Shown here piece by piece: positions 12,325 to 21,693 of a stretch of 64,000 bases of DNA (position 1 is the first letter of the stretch; each line of letters opens with the position of its first letter). The notes below the pieces were generated by a model. That model was given only the letters and a program-made list of their open reading frames with translations. It did not search any database and was not told the origin of the DNA. Source of the stretch: Alphaproteobacteria bacterium. GTDB taxonomy: Bacteria > Pseudomonadota > Alphaproteobacteria > MPNO01 > UBA830. The stretch is taken from positions 26,950-90,949 of the forward strand of contig JAYPPO010000007.1 in assembly GCA_038131485.1 (NCBI GenBank), read 5' to 3'. A program made the position numbers and the translations under genes.

Positions 12325-12936
12325 GGTGATTCCTGATGGATGGTGGTTACGCGAGTGCGGCCGCGCATCCTACCCGCTCGAATTCGAAATTGGCAATTGG
12401 CGGGAGGTCAACCGACGGCCCATGGCCAGGTTGAAGTCAACGGTCATCGCGTCCAAGCTTTACAATATGTCCGGTGCCTGAAGCTCCTCGCTTTCCAGCG
12501 TACCTTTGTGCAGTCCAGTTTGTTGCCATTGATCGGCATCGGTCCTTGGGATACCAATGACGACCTCACGGATCTAGTCGCGCTTTCGATGGGTTCGCGC
12601 GGCTTGCCGATGCGCCTGTTTTTGACAAACAGACGGGTAACAGGGGGAATTGGCTCAGGCGCGGAGGGCGTAAGCTATCTGGTCGATGCACTCGTAATCG
12701 ACTAATCCCTCCCATCCCGGTTGGCGAGTCACTCAATCTCGGAGATGCTGCGGCTCTTCCATACCCGGGAGACGGCGCTAATTCGTATGCCTGACAAGCG
12801 GTTGCGGCCTTACATGGAGGAGAGGCCCCACAACACAGTCTATGAAGATCGCGACCCCGAAATCACGGCGACGGCCGATATATCCGCGGGCAACCATATC
12901 GCGGCGGCCTGCGCCGCGCCGGCGTCAAAAAGCTGG

Positions 12937-13320
12937 CTATTTTGTTGCTTCCTTCAGGAACGCTATGATGTTCTCGAGATCTGACGCCTTTTTCAGCCCG
13001 GCGAATGTCATTTTCGTACCCTTTACGTAGTCGCGGGGCTTCTTGAGGTATTCGGTAAGAGTCTTTTCGTCCCAGACCAAGCCTTTACTGCCCGCCTCCT
13101 TCATGGCATTCGAAAATCTATACTTGTCGGTAGTGCCCGCTTTGCGGCCGAAAAGGCCGGCCAGGCTGGGGCCAATGCCGTTCTTACCAGCATTAAGGCT
13201 ATGGCAGGCTTTGCACTTATTGAAGACCACCTTGCCCTTCGCGACGTCTGCGGAATGTGCATAAGTCGCCGGAGTCGAGAGGATAAAGGCAATACCGAGG
13301 ATTTTGAAAAAATGCTTCAT
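12937..13320 (-). CDS. Class I c-type cytochrome (c2/c550-like), secreted
   Basis: The ATG at 13320 gives MKHFFKILGIAFILSTPATYAHS (signal peptide), followed by the haem motif CKACH and a distal Met region (KGTKMTFAGL). Confidence 0.85.
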   Translation of the reverse strand: MKHFFKILGIAFILSTPATYAHSADVAKGKVVFNKCKACHSLNAGKNGIGPSLAGLFGRKAGTTDKYRFSNAMKEAGSKGLVWDEKTLTEYLKKPRDYVKGTKMTFAGLKKASDLENIIAFLKEATK

Positions 13321-13670
13321 CTTAAATGCTTCCGGTGGTGATTCGATTGTTAGCAACACCGTAAATATGACGCTACGACCGAGCTTGTAACACCCGTCAG
13401 GGTGACCTGTCTGTTACCTTTTCGTAATTCGGAGACCCAACTGGCTATTAAAAGCTTTGTGCATGGATAAGTCTTGGGGGCGCGCGGCTGATCCTAGCCG
13501 ATTTTCCTCGAGGATAGCGGGGCACACGAACGGGAAGACATCCCCGGAAGATGTTGTGCGACTGCTCCAGGATCCAGACCGCGATATTGGCGACGACTAT
13601 ACCGAATACCTGATGGAGCAGCCGGCGAAGATCGACCATGGATTTTGGCTTGGCCGCTGAGGAGCACATG

Positions 13671-14972
13671 TTACAGCCGCCGGCCCTTTATGATCGAGTT
13701 CGCACCGAACCGGTTGCGGAGTTTATCCAGCGTGGTTTCAACCCGCTTGCGCCGTTGTGCTTTTGGATCAGCGAGGTCGATGGGGTCGCATTGATCTGCC
13801 GGAACAATTCCCGACAATCCGACGCCCAGAAGCCGAAACGCCGTTCCGTCCGCCTCGCGGTCTAATAGCGGTGCCGCGGCTGCATAGATCACATCCGCAA
13901 GCTGTGTCGGATGGGGGAGGGTCCTCGCCCGCGTCCGAATCCGGAAGCTGGCTGTTTTAAGCTTTAGCGTGACCGTTCGTCCGCCAATGCCTTCCTTTTT
14001 AGCGCCCGACGAGACCTTTTCCGCCTGACGCCAAAGTATCCGCTTCAGCCCCCCAGCATCGGAGACGTCCTCGGCGAATGTCGTCTCACTGGACAGGCTC
14101 TTGCGGCTGGTGCTGGGTTCGACGCGCCGCGAGTCCCGGCCGTTGGATAGGCGGGCGAGCCTCTCTCCGATATTCCCGTAGCGACGGACAAGCTCCGCTT
14201 CCGGGATCCGCTGAAGGTCTCCGATACGGCTAATTCCGTCCCGTTCGAGGCGTTTTTGCAAGACAGCGCCCACACCCCAGATGCGCGCCACCGGCAGGGT
14301 TGCGAGATACGAAACGGTTTCCGCTTCGCCGATGAGCGTAAAGCCTTGCGGTTTTTCAAGCGCGGAGGCGAGTTTCGCCAGAAACTTGTTGTGGCTCAGC
14401 CCGACCGAAACGGTAATGCCTTGCGCTGCGCGAATGTCGGAAACAAGTCTTGCGACCGTTTGCGCCGCGGAACCGCTGTGGAGACGTTCAGTCCCCGTCA
14501 GGTCCAGGAACGCCTCGTCAATCGAGATGGGTTCGACGAGCGGCGTGACTGACCGCATCATCTCGCGAATTTCGTGCCCAATCTTGACGTATTTCTGCAT
14601 GTCGGGCCGAATGACGACGGCGTTTGGACATTGGCGCAGCGCCTTGAACATGGGCATCGCGGAATAGACTCCGTATCGGCGGGCAACGTAGCAAGCCGCC
14701 ATGACTACACCGCGCTTTTGGCCGCCGACCAGAACCGGTTTATTCGTAAGCTCGGGACGATCTCGCTTCTCGACGCTAGCATAGAAGGAATCGCAGTCGA
14801 GATGGGCGATGTGGAGACGTTCCAGTTCTGGATGAGAGACTATCAGGCCGTCACCGCAGCTCGGGCAGGGTGCGTCAAAGGAGTTATCGAAAAGTGCAAA
14901 ACAGCTACGGCATAGGGTCGGCATGGGCCCACTCTGTGCTCGGTCCCCTGCAGGGTCAATCGTCGAGACCAT
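13671..14972 (-). CDS. dinB: DNA polymerase IV with N-terminal CxxC..CxxC extension
   Basis: Y-family motifs: HLDCDSFYASVE, PVLVGG, SIDEAFLD, and HhH-like ARIWGVGAVLQKRL. The N-terminal ~45 aa contain CRSC..CPSC. The true start may be the internal MPTLCRSC (14924). Confidence 0.9.
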   Translation of the reverse strand: MVSTIDPAGDRAQSGPMPTLCRSCFALFDNSFDAPCPSCGDGLIVSHPELERLHIAHLDCDSFYASVEKRDRPELTNKPVLVGGQKRGVVMAACYVARRYGVYSAMPMFKALRQCPNAVVIRPDMQKYVKIGHEIREMMRSVTPLVEPISIDEAFLDLTGTERLHSGSAAQTVARLVSDIRAAQGITVSVGLSHNKFLAKLASALEKPQGFTLIGEAETVSYLATLPVARIWGVGAVLQKRLERDGISRIGDLQRIPEAELVRRYGNIGERLARLSNGRDSRRVEPSTSRKSLSSETTFAEDVSDAGGLKRILWRQAEKVSSGAKKEGIGGRTVTLKLKTASFRIRTRARTLPHPTQLADVIYAAAAPLLDREADGTAFRLLGVGLSGIVPADQCDPIDLADPKAQRRKRVETTLDKLRNRFGANSIIKGRRL

Positions 14973-15051
14973 GCCTTGCTGAAACCGTCAAGATCTCGTT
15001 CGCAACTTCCTTCGCGACTTCTTCGTTGAGCCTCTTGAACGCGTTCGACAG

Positions 15052-15354
15052 CTAGTCGACGGACTCGCGATTGAAATGACGGTGCCCGTCGATCGAGCCG
15101 TATATAATGAGCACTGGCTGTTCGCCGTAATAACCGCCGCCGATCCCGTTGAGGCTGGCCGCCGCGCCAAGTTTGTCGATATTGAGACTCGTCAGGCCGC
15201 TGCGAATAGCCTTGACCGCCGCTTTCACTACTCCTTCCAAGATTCTCAGCAGTATTTTGTGGTTAATACGCCAGCCAAAGTCGATAAAAAAATACGCCAT
15301 TGTTGCGAAACAGATAAACAGCGATTTTCTATGGCTCTGGTCCCTGCATTTCAC
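15052..15354 (-). CDS. Hypothetical protein (possibly longer, see in-frame TAG finding)
   Basis: ORF in a locally AT-richer stretch. No family recognised by eye. The same frame stays open for 32 more codons after the TAG at 15052-15054. Confidence 0.3.
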   Translation of the reverse strand: MKCRDQSHRKSLFICFATMAYFFIDFGWRINHKILLRILEGVVKAAVKAIRSGLTSLNIDKLGAAASLNGIGGGYYGEQPVLIIYGSIDGHRHFNRESVD

Positions 15355-15455
15355 GCGGTGCCCTCGCTAACGAAACGAGTTTGACCTATAAGTGACCGTC
15401 AAAATTCTGGGACATCGGGTAGAGGCGGCCCACTGCCGCGGGCTAATCGGACGAT

Positions 15456-16181
15456 ATGATAGACAAGACTGTCAGTTCCTTACGCGAGGCCGTTTCTGTC
15501 GTTCAAGACGGCGATTGCGTGCTGATCAGTGGCTTCGGAGAATCCGGAAATCCGACCGAGCTTGTTCATGCCTTGATCGATCATGGTGCGCGCGATCTGA
15601 CGGTCGTGAACAACAACGCGGGTAACGGCAATGTCGGGCTGGCAGCCCTTCTGGAATCGGGCAATGTCGCCAGAATCGTCTGTTCGTTTCCGCGATCGAC
15701 TGCATCGCACGTTTTCGACGAGATGTATAAGGCAGGCCGTCTCGAGCTCGAGGTTGTGCCTCAGGGCACCCTGGCCGAGCGCATCCGCGCCGCCGGCGCT
15801 GGGATCGGCGGTTTCTACACCCGAACCACGATTGGGACGCCGCTGGCCGAGGGGAAGCAGCGGCGCGTCTACAAAGGCGAAGATTACGTCCTAGAGGACC
15901 CGCTGCATGCCGATGTTGCGCTTGTAAAGGCCGAACTTGCCGACCGGTGGGGAAACCTTACATATCGGCTCGCAGCGCGGAATTTCGGCCCGATCATGTG
16001 CACCGCCGCAACGACGACCATCGTGCAGGCTCGGCAGATTGTTCCGCTTGGCGACATCCCGCCCGAAGCGGTCGTGACGCCGGGGATATTCGTGGACTGT
16101 GTGGTCGAAGTTCCCAACCCTGTCAGCGAACGCGAGATGATCGAGAGTGGCGTCCACTATCTCGGAGACGGCACTTCATGA
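15456..16181 (+). CDS. scoA: 3-oxoacid CoA-transferase subunit A
   Basis: Intact 241 aa with typical sequence MIDKTVSSLREAVSVVQDGDCVLISGFG..GNPTELV..RIVCSF..PQGTLAERIRAAGAGIGGFYT. Confidence 0.9.
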   Translation: MIDKTVSSLREAVSVVQDGDCVLISGFGESGNPTELVHALIDHGARDLTVVNNNAGNGNVGLAALLESGNVARIVCSFPRSTASHVFDEMYKAGRLELEVVPQGTLAERIRAAGAGIGGFYTRTTIGTPLAEGKQRRVYKGEDYVLEDPLHADVALVKAELADRWGNLTYRLAARNFGPIMCTAATTTIVQARQIVPLGDIPPEAVVTPGIFVDCVVEVPNPVSEREMIESGVHYLGDGTS

Positions 16182-16843
16182 CCGAAAATTGACCCGCCGC
16201 CAGGTCGCTTGGAGGCTCGCGCAGGACATTCAGGACAGCATGTACGTCAATCTGGAATCGGTATGCCTGAGCTCGTCGCGAACTATATTCCGGGTGACGT
16301 GAAATCGTCTTTCACAGCGAAAACGGTATACTCGGCATGGGACCAGGCCAGAACAACAACGCCGATTACGATCTCATTAATGCCGGCAAGAAGCCAGTCA
16401 CGATGCTTCCCGGCGGATCGTTCTTCCACCACGCGGATTCGTTTGGGATGGTTCGGGGCGGCCACATCGACATCTGCGTTCTTGGCGCGTTTCAGGTTTC
16501 GGCTGCCGGCGATCTCGCCAACTGGTCGACCGGCGCAGGCGTGCCGGCGGTGGGCGGGGCGATGGATCTCGCCGTCGGCGCACGCCGCGTTTTCGTGATG
16601 ACGGACCACAACACCAAGAACGGCGAACCGAAGCTTGTCAGGGAATGCAGTTATCCGCTGACTGGGACCGGCGTGGTGAGCACGGTCTACACGGACCTTG
16701 CCGTCATCGACGTGACCGATCGGGGGCTGACCGTTCGGGAGAAAGTAGAGGCTCTGACCTTCGAAGAATTGCAGTCACGTACAGGCGCAGATCTTCTTGG
16801 CATGGAGACTTGCGGTATTCTGAGAGCGCCCGCGGTAAGCTAA
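16178..16843 (+). pseudogene. scoB: 3-oxoacid CoA-transferase subunit B, at least 3 frameshifts in the first ~160 nt
   Basis: The ATG at 16178 overlaps the scoA stop (ATGA). MTEN, then LTRRQVAWRLAQDIQDSMYVNL, then GIGMPELVANYIPGDV each lie in different frames. The remainder (16337-16843: MGPGQNNNADYDLINAGKKPVT..GAMDLAVGARRVFVMTDH) is intact. Confidence 0.85.
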
Positions 16844-16848
16844 CAGGT

Positions 16849-17136
16849 CTACCTGCCCCGCGCGGCACCGCGGTCTTGGCCGCTTTTTCCTGCGAATAAG
16901 AGGGTTCCCAGCAAATTCCTTGCCGGGTTCTTTTTCTTCCTCGAACAAATCTATCCCGTCATCCTTGATCCGCCACGTCAGGTGGGCTCCGACGACATGC
17001 ACGTCCGTATCGTAAAACGTAACTGGGTCGCCAACGCGCGTGCTGCTTCGACCATGGGACAGGAACAGCCCGCCGGTTCCGTTATGGGGTTAAGAGCACC
17101 GACAGCGATTCCAGTCATGCTGGTCAGAATTTTCAT
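16849..17136 (-). pseudogene. Small putative secreted protein, frame broken (weak call)
   Basis: The ATG at 17136 gives MKILTSMTGIAVGAL (signal-like). The plausible continuation (VGDPVTFYDTDVHVVGAHLTWRIKDDGIDLFEEEKEPGKEFAG) is in another frame. The 3' end is uncertain. Confidence 0.25.
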
Positions 17137-17152
17137 GTCCCCCAGGCAACGA

Positions 17153-18019
17153 TTACGCTGTGGGCTTCGACTTATGCCGCGATTCGCGGTGCCATAGGTC
17201 GAGCCCGCTGCAACGATAGCCGCGCCAGATCATAGAAACCGTCCGGATACTGGTCAAAAACGATGATGCTGATGATCGTGACCGATGATCTGGGTGTAGA
17301 GAAAACGGCGAGAGTGTCGACACGTCGGCGACTTGAAGGCGCGGATGAACGGATAATGGCTGACCGAACAGGGCGCCGGTTTGACTATCAGAGCCCAGGC
17401 GAACGCGTCCGGGTTCTTCCAAACGAACGGGACGATACACGACATCACGATCACGCCTACCGCGACGTCCAGAACAGGCTGGTCCGTGTATCCTCAGTTC
17501 GCCCGGCGATGCGCGTCATTATCTGGTAAGCGGCGTAGCATACGGCGGTGCCGAGCGGCAGGATCGCCGCCCAGTGCATGACGCCGAGGCCAAGGCGGAT
17601 GATCAGGACGCCGCGAATCCGACGAAAATCGCGCACCAGCGACGGACGCCAACCTTCTCGCCGAGGAATGGGATGAAGCGCGGTCACCAGCAGCGGAGAG
17701 GCGAAATTGATGGCTACCGCTTCTGGCAGGGAGAGATAGATCAAGGCTGTGAAGAAGGTGATCGTACCGAGCATGAGCACGACCGATCGGGCGAGGTGCA
17801 AGAACAGCCGGGCAGTCCTAATCTGGCTGACGATCCCGGTCCGCGAGAAGATCAGCAGGAAGACGAAGGCGTGAAACGTATCGTGCCCAGACGACCTGGA
17901 GGATGTCATCCTTCGCCAGCGTCTTCACACACGTTTCCCATCCCGAAGAACGCCACACCCGAGCACAGGAGCGCGATGCCGAGGGTTGGGTTCTGAACCC
18001 GGGCGGTCGTTATATCCAA
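17153..18019 (-). pseudogene. DMT/EamA-family transporter, at least 4 frameshifts
   Basis: Fragments in three frames: GIALLCSGVAFFGMGN; ILQVVW..FHAFVFLLIFSRTG..LPEAVAINFASPLLVTAL; GVLIIRLGLGVMHWAAILPLGTAVCYAAYQIMTRIAG; IVPFVWKNPDAFAWALIV; LYTQIIG; GLDLWHRE. Total length is ~289 codons. Confidence 0.7.
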
Positions 18020-18041
18020 AGGACGGCCCTGACGAGGGTTT

Positions 18042-19129
18042 TCAGCCCCATACCTCTTTGGCAATGTCGACGATGGCGCCTAATTTGGCTTTCTGTTCCT
18101 CGACTGAGATCAGGTTGCCGATCGCGTTCGACGAGAAGCCGCACTGCGGTGACAGGCAGAGTTGGTCGATGTCGACGAATTTCGCGGCTTCATCGATCCG
18201 GCGCAGAATTTCGTCGCGAGGCTCCATCTGGCCCCGCTTCGTTGTCAGCAGGCCAGAGCAAATCTCGGCTGCTGGGGACGAACCGTGGGCTCGAACCGCC
18301 CGACGCTCGTCGTCGTATTCGAGGAAAAGCCGTCGACCTTTGGTCAGGTTGAAGACCATTCGGCGATGACTTCGTGGCCGCCGGAGGCGAACCACTGGCT
18401 TTGTGCATTGCCGCGGCAGAGGTGGACGCAGACTGCCATGTCGTTGGGACGCTCGCCCACCGCGTCGTTGATCAGCGCCGCGTAGGTTGCAGGCAGCTCG
18501 TCGGGGTCCTCGCCCAGCTTGCGCGCCCCGTCGCGCATCTTCTCGTCGCACAGGTATGCGAGGTTGGTGTCGTCGAACTGACGTAACGGCAACCGGCGTC
18601 GGCGAGACCCGCAAGCTCCTCGCGGTATGCCTGAGCCAGATCGGCAAAGAATTCATCCATCTCCGGATAGGCATCCTTGTCAATCGCCTCCGCCCGCCGC
18701 GGAATGCGTCATCGTCGGCGACGGGATGGTGATCCCGGGCGTTCGATCTGTAAGGCCCGCGACGACCTTAGGTTCTCGACCTCGCAGCCTTCTGGCGGGC
18801 CGTTATCTTGGGTGATGTGGCGACGAACGGCGCCTTCTCTGGATCGATGGATTGCCTTCTGCACCTTCCGGCATCATGACGGAAATCCACGCCCCATTTG
18901 CTGAGAAAATCGAAGTGGAAATTCTCTCGGCGATACTCGCCGTCGGTTACCGACTGCAGTCCGATTTCCTCCTGCATCTTAACCACTTCGGCAATCGCCT
19001 TGTCTTCCTGCGCGCGCAATTCGGCGGCGTCGATGTCGCCCGTTTTGAATTTTGGCGTGCCTTAAGAAGCCACTCCGGGCGTTGCAGGCTGCCGACGATC
19101 GGCGCGGAAAGGGCCTTGGCGTTGGCCAT
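18042..19129 (-). pseudogene. Cobalamin-independent methionine synthase (MetE C-terminal domain-like) family protein, at least 4 frameshifts
   Basis: Fragments: MANAKALSAPIVGSLQRPEWLLKAR; EDKAIAEVVKMQEEIGLQSVTDGEYRRENFHFDFL; RQFDDTNLAYLCDEKMRDGARKLGEDPDELPATYAALINDAV..VCVHLCRGN; and C-terminal DIDQLCLSPQCGFSS..EEQKAKLGAIVDIAKEVWG. Confidence 0.75.
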
Positions 19130-19222
19130 GATCGATTACCCCCGTTCGTTTGTAATGGCATCGGGCGTTGCTGCGATGCCCAGAGATTAGCCGGTTTTAG
19201 GCCGTCTTCCTGACCCGCACCG

Positions 19223-19546
19223 CTATTTCATAGTCGACATGCGCGTCGGGACGACCCAGTCACGACCATCGCGTCCCGGTCGAGCATGCTGGCGAGCCGC
19301 GGCAGCATTTCGTTCTGCCACCAGTCGTTTTCGTATATCGCCTTGTACTGTTCCTCGCGCTGTTGCTCGTTCTCGAAACGTCAGAATCCAGCAATAGACA
19401 GAATCGTCGGTCTCGCCGCGGAAACTGCCACAGATCACGACGCCGTTCGCGACCTGGAACGGAAGAATTTCTCGCTCCATGCAATCGGAGCCAGTTTTCC
19501 ATCTGGCCGGGTCTCACTTGTATTGGCAGGAGTTCATAAAGGCCAT
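19223..19546 (-). pseudogene. NIPSNAP-family protein, frameshifted
   Basis: RBS AGGAGGA plus ATG at 19546. LYELLPIQVRPGQMENWL, MEREILPFQVANGVVICGSFRGETDDSVYCWILTF and ENEQQREEQYKAIYENDWWQNEMLPRLASMLD lie in different frames. Total length is ~108 codons. Confidence 0.6.
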
Positions 19547-19647
19547 GGGTTGTCCTCCTCATGTAGGCGTGTCCTACAATTGTTTTGCTCGCTTCGACAG
19601 GCGTTGTCCAATATCGTTTTGTCAAAATCAACCGAGAGAGGTTTGGC

Positions 19648-20100
19648 ATGAAGCTATAGCGGACGCCGCGTGGTGACGGGTCACGACGGAAGCGGCAAGG
19701 CAGTCGTCAATATCGATGACGTCGGCGCCAACAAACGGAGCGGTCGGGAGAACATGGTCGCGCAAGTGATCTGGACCACCAACGACATGCCCGTCGAGTT
19801 CGCCGAGGGCGAGGACAAAGGTGCACGGCAGATCAGGACTACCATTCCGGGCGGCTCCGTGTTCCGGGTCGTCCCAATTTGATCCAGGCGTCGCCCCGCG
19901 GAATCATCGGACGGACAGCACGACTACGCCGTCGTCGCGAGTGGCGAGATCATTGCAATTAGAAGATACAATCGTCCACCTGAAAGCGGGCGACGTGCTG
20001 GTGCAGCGGCACCGTCCATAACTTGGTCAACAATGGGTCCGAACCATGCGTCATCGCGTTCACGCTCATCGCCTCCACCGACGACACGGCATTTGGGTAA
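19648..20100 (+). pseudogene. Cupin-domain protein, frameshifted
   Basis: ATG at 19648. Pieces RRVVTGHDGSGKAVVNIDDV..GGSVFRVV, FDPGVAPRNHRTDS, VHLKAGDVLVQR and NNGSEPCVIAFTLIASTDDTAFG (then stop) lie in different frames. Confidence 0.6.
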
Positions 20101-20107
20101 TCGATCT

Positions 20108-20682
20108 ATGACCGGATCCGACGCCGCGCCCATCAGCCGTTTTCCGTTCCGGACCGCGGGCTCCCGAGTGATATTCGTGAGCGCATCAAGGCGGTGCAGG
20201 AAAAGTCGGGCTTCATTCCGAACGTCTTTCTTGCGCTGGCGTGGCGACCGGACGAGTTTCGCGCATTCATGGCTTATCACGATGCGCTGATGGAGAAGAA
20301 AGGTGGCCTAACGCCGGCGGAACGTGAAATGATCGTCGTTGCGACTAGCGCCGCTAACGACTGCCATTACTGCGTCATCGCCCACGGCGCTATCCTTAGG
20401 ATACGCGCGAAGAACCCGCTCATCTCCGATCAAGTGGCCACCAACTACCGCAATGCCGACATCGCCCCTCGGCAGCGGGCGATGCTCGATTTTGCCATGA
20501 AGGTGGCGGTGGAAGCCCAAATGGTCTCGGATGCAGACTACGAGGCGCTGTCAGACCACGGTTTTCGCAGGACGATCTTTGGGATATCGCCGCGATTCGC
20601 CGCCTTCTTCGCGATGTCGAACAGGCTCGCGAACGCCTCCAGCATGAGACCCAATAACGAATTTTATGCGATGGGGCGATGA
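20108..20682 (+). pseudogene. Peroxidase-related / AhpD-like (carboxymuconolactone decarboxylase family) protein, frameshifted
   Basis: The ATG at 20108 (MTGSDAAPISRFP) is in one frame and the body in another (ORF 20194-20682: IPNVFLALAWRPDEFRAFMAYHDALM..ANDCHYCVIAHG). A short internal +1 stretch (SQDDLWDIAAI) is flanked by compensating shifts at ~20556 and ~20595. Confidence 0.7.
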
Positions 20683-21098
20683 CGTTCTTTTCGACTGATA
20701 TGCCGAGGTGCTCAAGAACCGTGGGGAGGACTGTGACAGATACATCGGAAAGTTCTCTCCTCCAGCTGTCGTAGAGACGATCCTGATGTTTTTACCCCCT
20801 ATTTCAACGCCTTCACCCGCTTTTACACCTGCACCTGCACAACACCCTCCAATGCCCCGATCAATAATTGTCGTCCAGTGCTTAACGGCATCCAGTGCGG
20901 TTAATAATCCTTTCTGAATTCCAATCTGCGTCTATGCCTGTTATGGATGGCCGTGCTGGCTATCAAAAATCAACATTTGCATTCAATAAAAATTGACAAA
21001 AAAGCGGGACTTATCTATTGAAGGAATGGGGATTATTTATTCGGTAAGATCGGTAAGATTTCTAATAATTTCCATAACCCTATAAAAGGAAATAAGAA

Positions 21099-21560
21099 AT
21101 GAAAAAAATGATGTGGGCAACGGTCTGCGCCGTTGGTGCCTGTGCAATGTATATGGCTGTTTCGGCGTCGGAAGCTTATGCGCAGAGTGGATCACGTCTT
21201 TGTGGTTGGCAGACGAAATCTGTAAAAACACAAGTTGGCAACCAAGAAATGAAAGATGTTCATGTTGCTATTGTCTATGAGGCAAGACAAGCGCAAGTCA
21301 CCTACAATAAAAGATGTGATGAAGCGATTAAAAAAATAAAAAAGAAGCTTCCTAACACTATGGATGTGGTGGTGAAAAATAGAACGGTAACTCTCGTGCT
21401 GGAATGGAGCAAAGTTCACAAGAAAACTTGCGAGTCTGTTGGTGATAAGCTCAAAGGGCAAGGGGTTCCCAAAGATATTTGCGATAAAATGAAGGCAAAT
21501 GAAGCGTATAAGTGGGTGAAAAAATCGGCGACCGAGGCTGCTACGAAAGAGAAGATGTAA
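21099..21560 (+). CDS. Hypothetical secreted lysine-rich protein (islet cargo)
   Basis: 153 aa, AT-rich codons. Signal peptide MKKMMWATVCAVGACAMYMAVSASEAYA; the mature part has 4 Cys and many Lys. It is followed by a strong hairpin. Confidence 0.6.
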   Translation: MKKMMWATVCAVGACAMYMAVSASEAYAQSGSRLCGWQTKSVKTQVGNQEMKDVHVAIVYEARQAQVTYNKRCDEAIKKIKKKLPNTMDVVVKNRTVTLVLEWSKVHKKTCESVGDKLKGQGVPKDICDKMKANEAYKWVKKSATEAATKEKM

Positions 21561-21614
21561 CCCGGCAGGTTACTATATTTACAAGACGATATAGACTCTA
21601 AACCGACTAAAGAA

Positions 21615-21641
21615 GCCCCTGGACCATTTTGGTTCAGGGGC
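21615..21641. terminator. Hairpin between convergent islet genes (bidirectional terminator candidate)
   Basis: GCCCCTGGACC-ATTTT-GGTTCAGGGGC: an 11-bp stem (one G-U pair) lying between the ends of the 21099-21560 ORF and the integrase gene. There is no clear U-tract. Confidence 0.45.
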
Positions 21642-21693
21642 TATTCGGGAGGACGGACTGCCTCTTATCGGCGCCATCTAGCCCCCCTAAAAT

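Noticed and set aside
12325-12936. 610-bp gap between apt and the cytochrome c gene, containing only ORFs 12340-12705 and 12721-12984. A 350-bp gap lies at 13321-13670.
   Set aside because: Translations in all frames show no family-like sequence. These could be eroded gene remnants or regulatory DNA, but I cannot support a call.
14925-15060. SOS (LexA) box upstream of dinB.
   Set aside because: The GTTC and GAAC tetramers present (14996, 15037, 15043) do not form the GTTC-N7-GTTC direct repeat used in alphaproteobacteria. There is only a GAAC-GC-GTTC palindrome of unknown meaning.
20600-21100. Search for an att direct repeat matching the 3' end of tRNA-Pro at the far edge of the AT-rich islet.
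   Set aside because: No match of useful length was seen by eye, so no att site is reported. A computational search is still needed.
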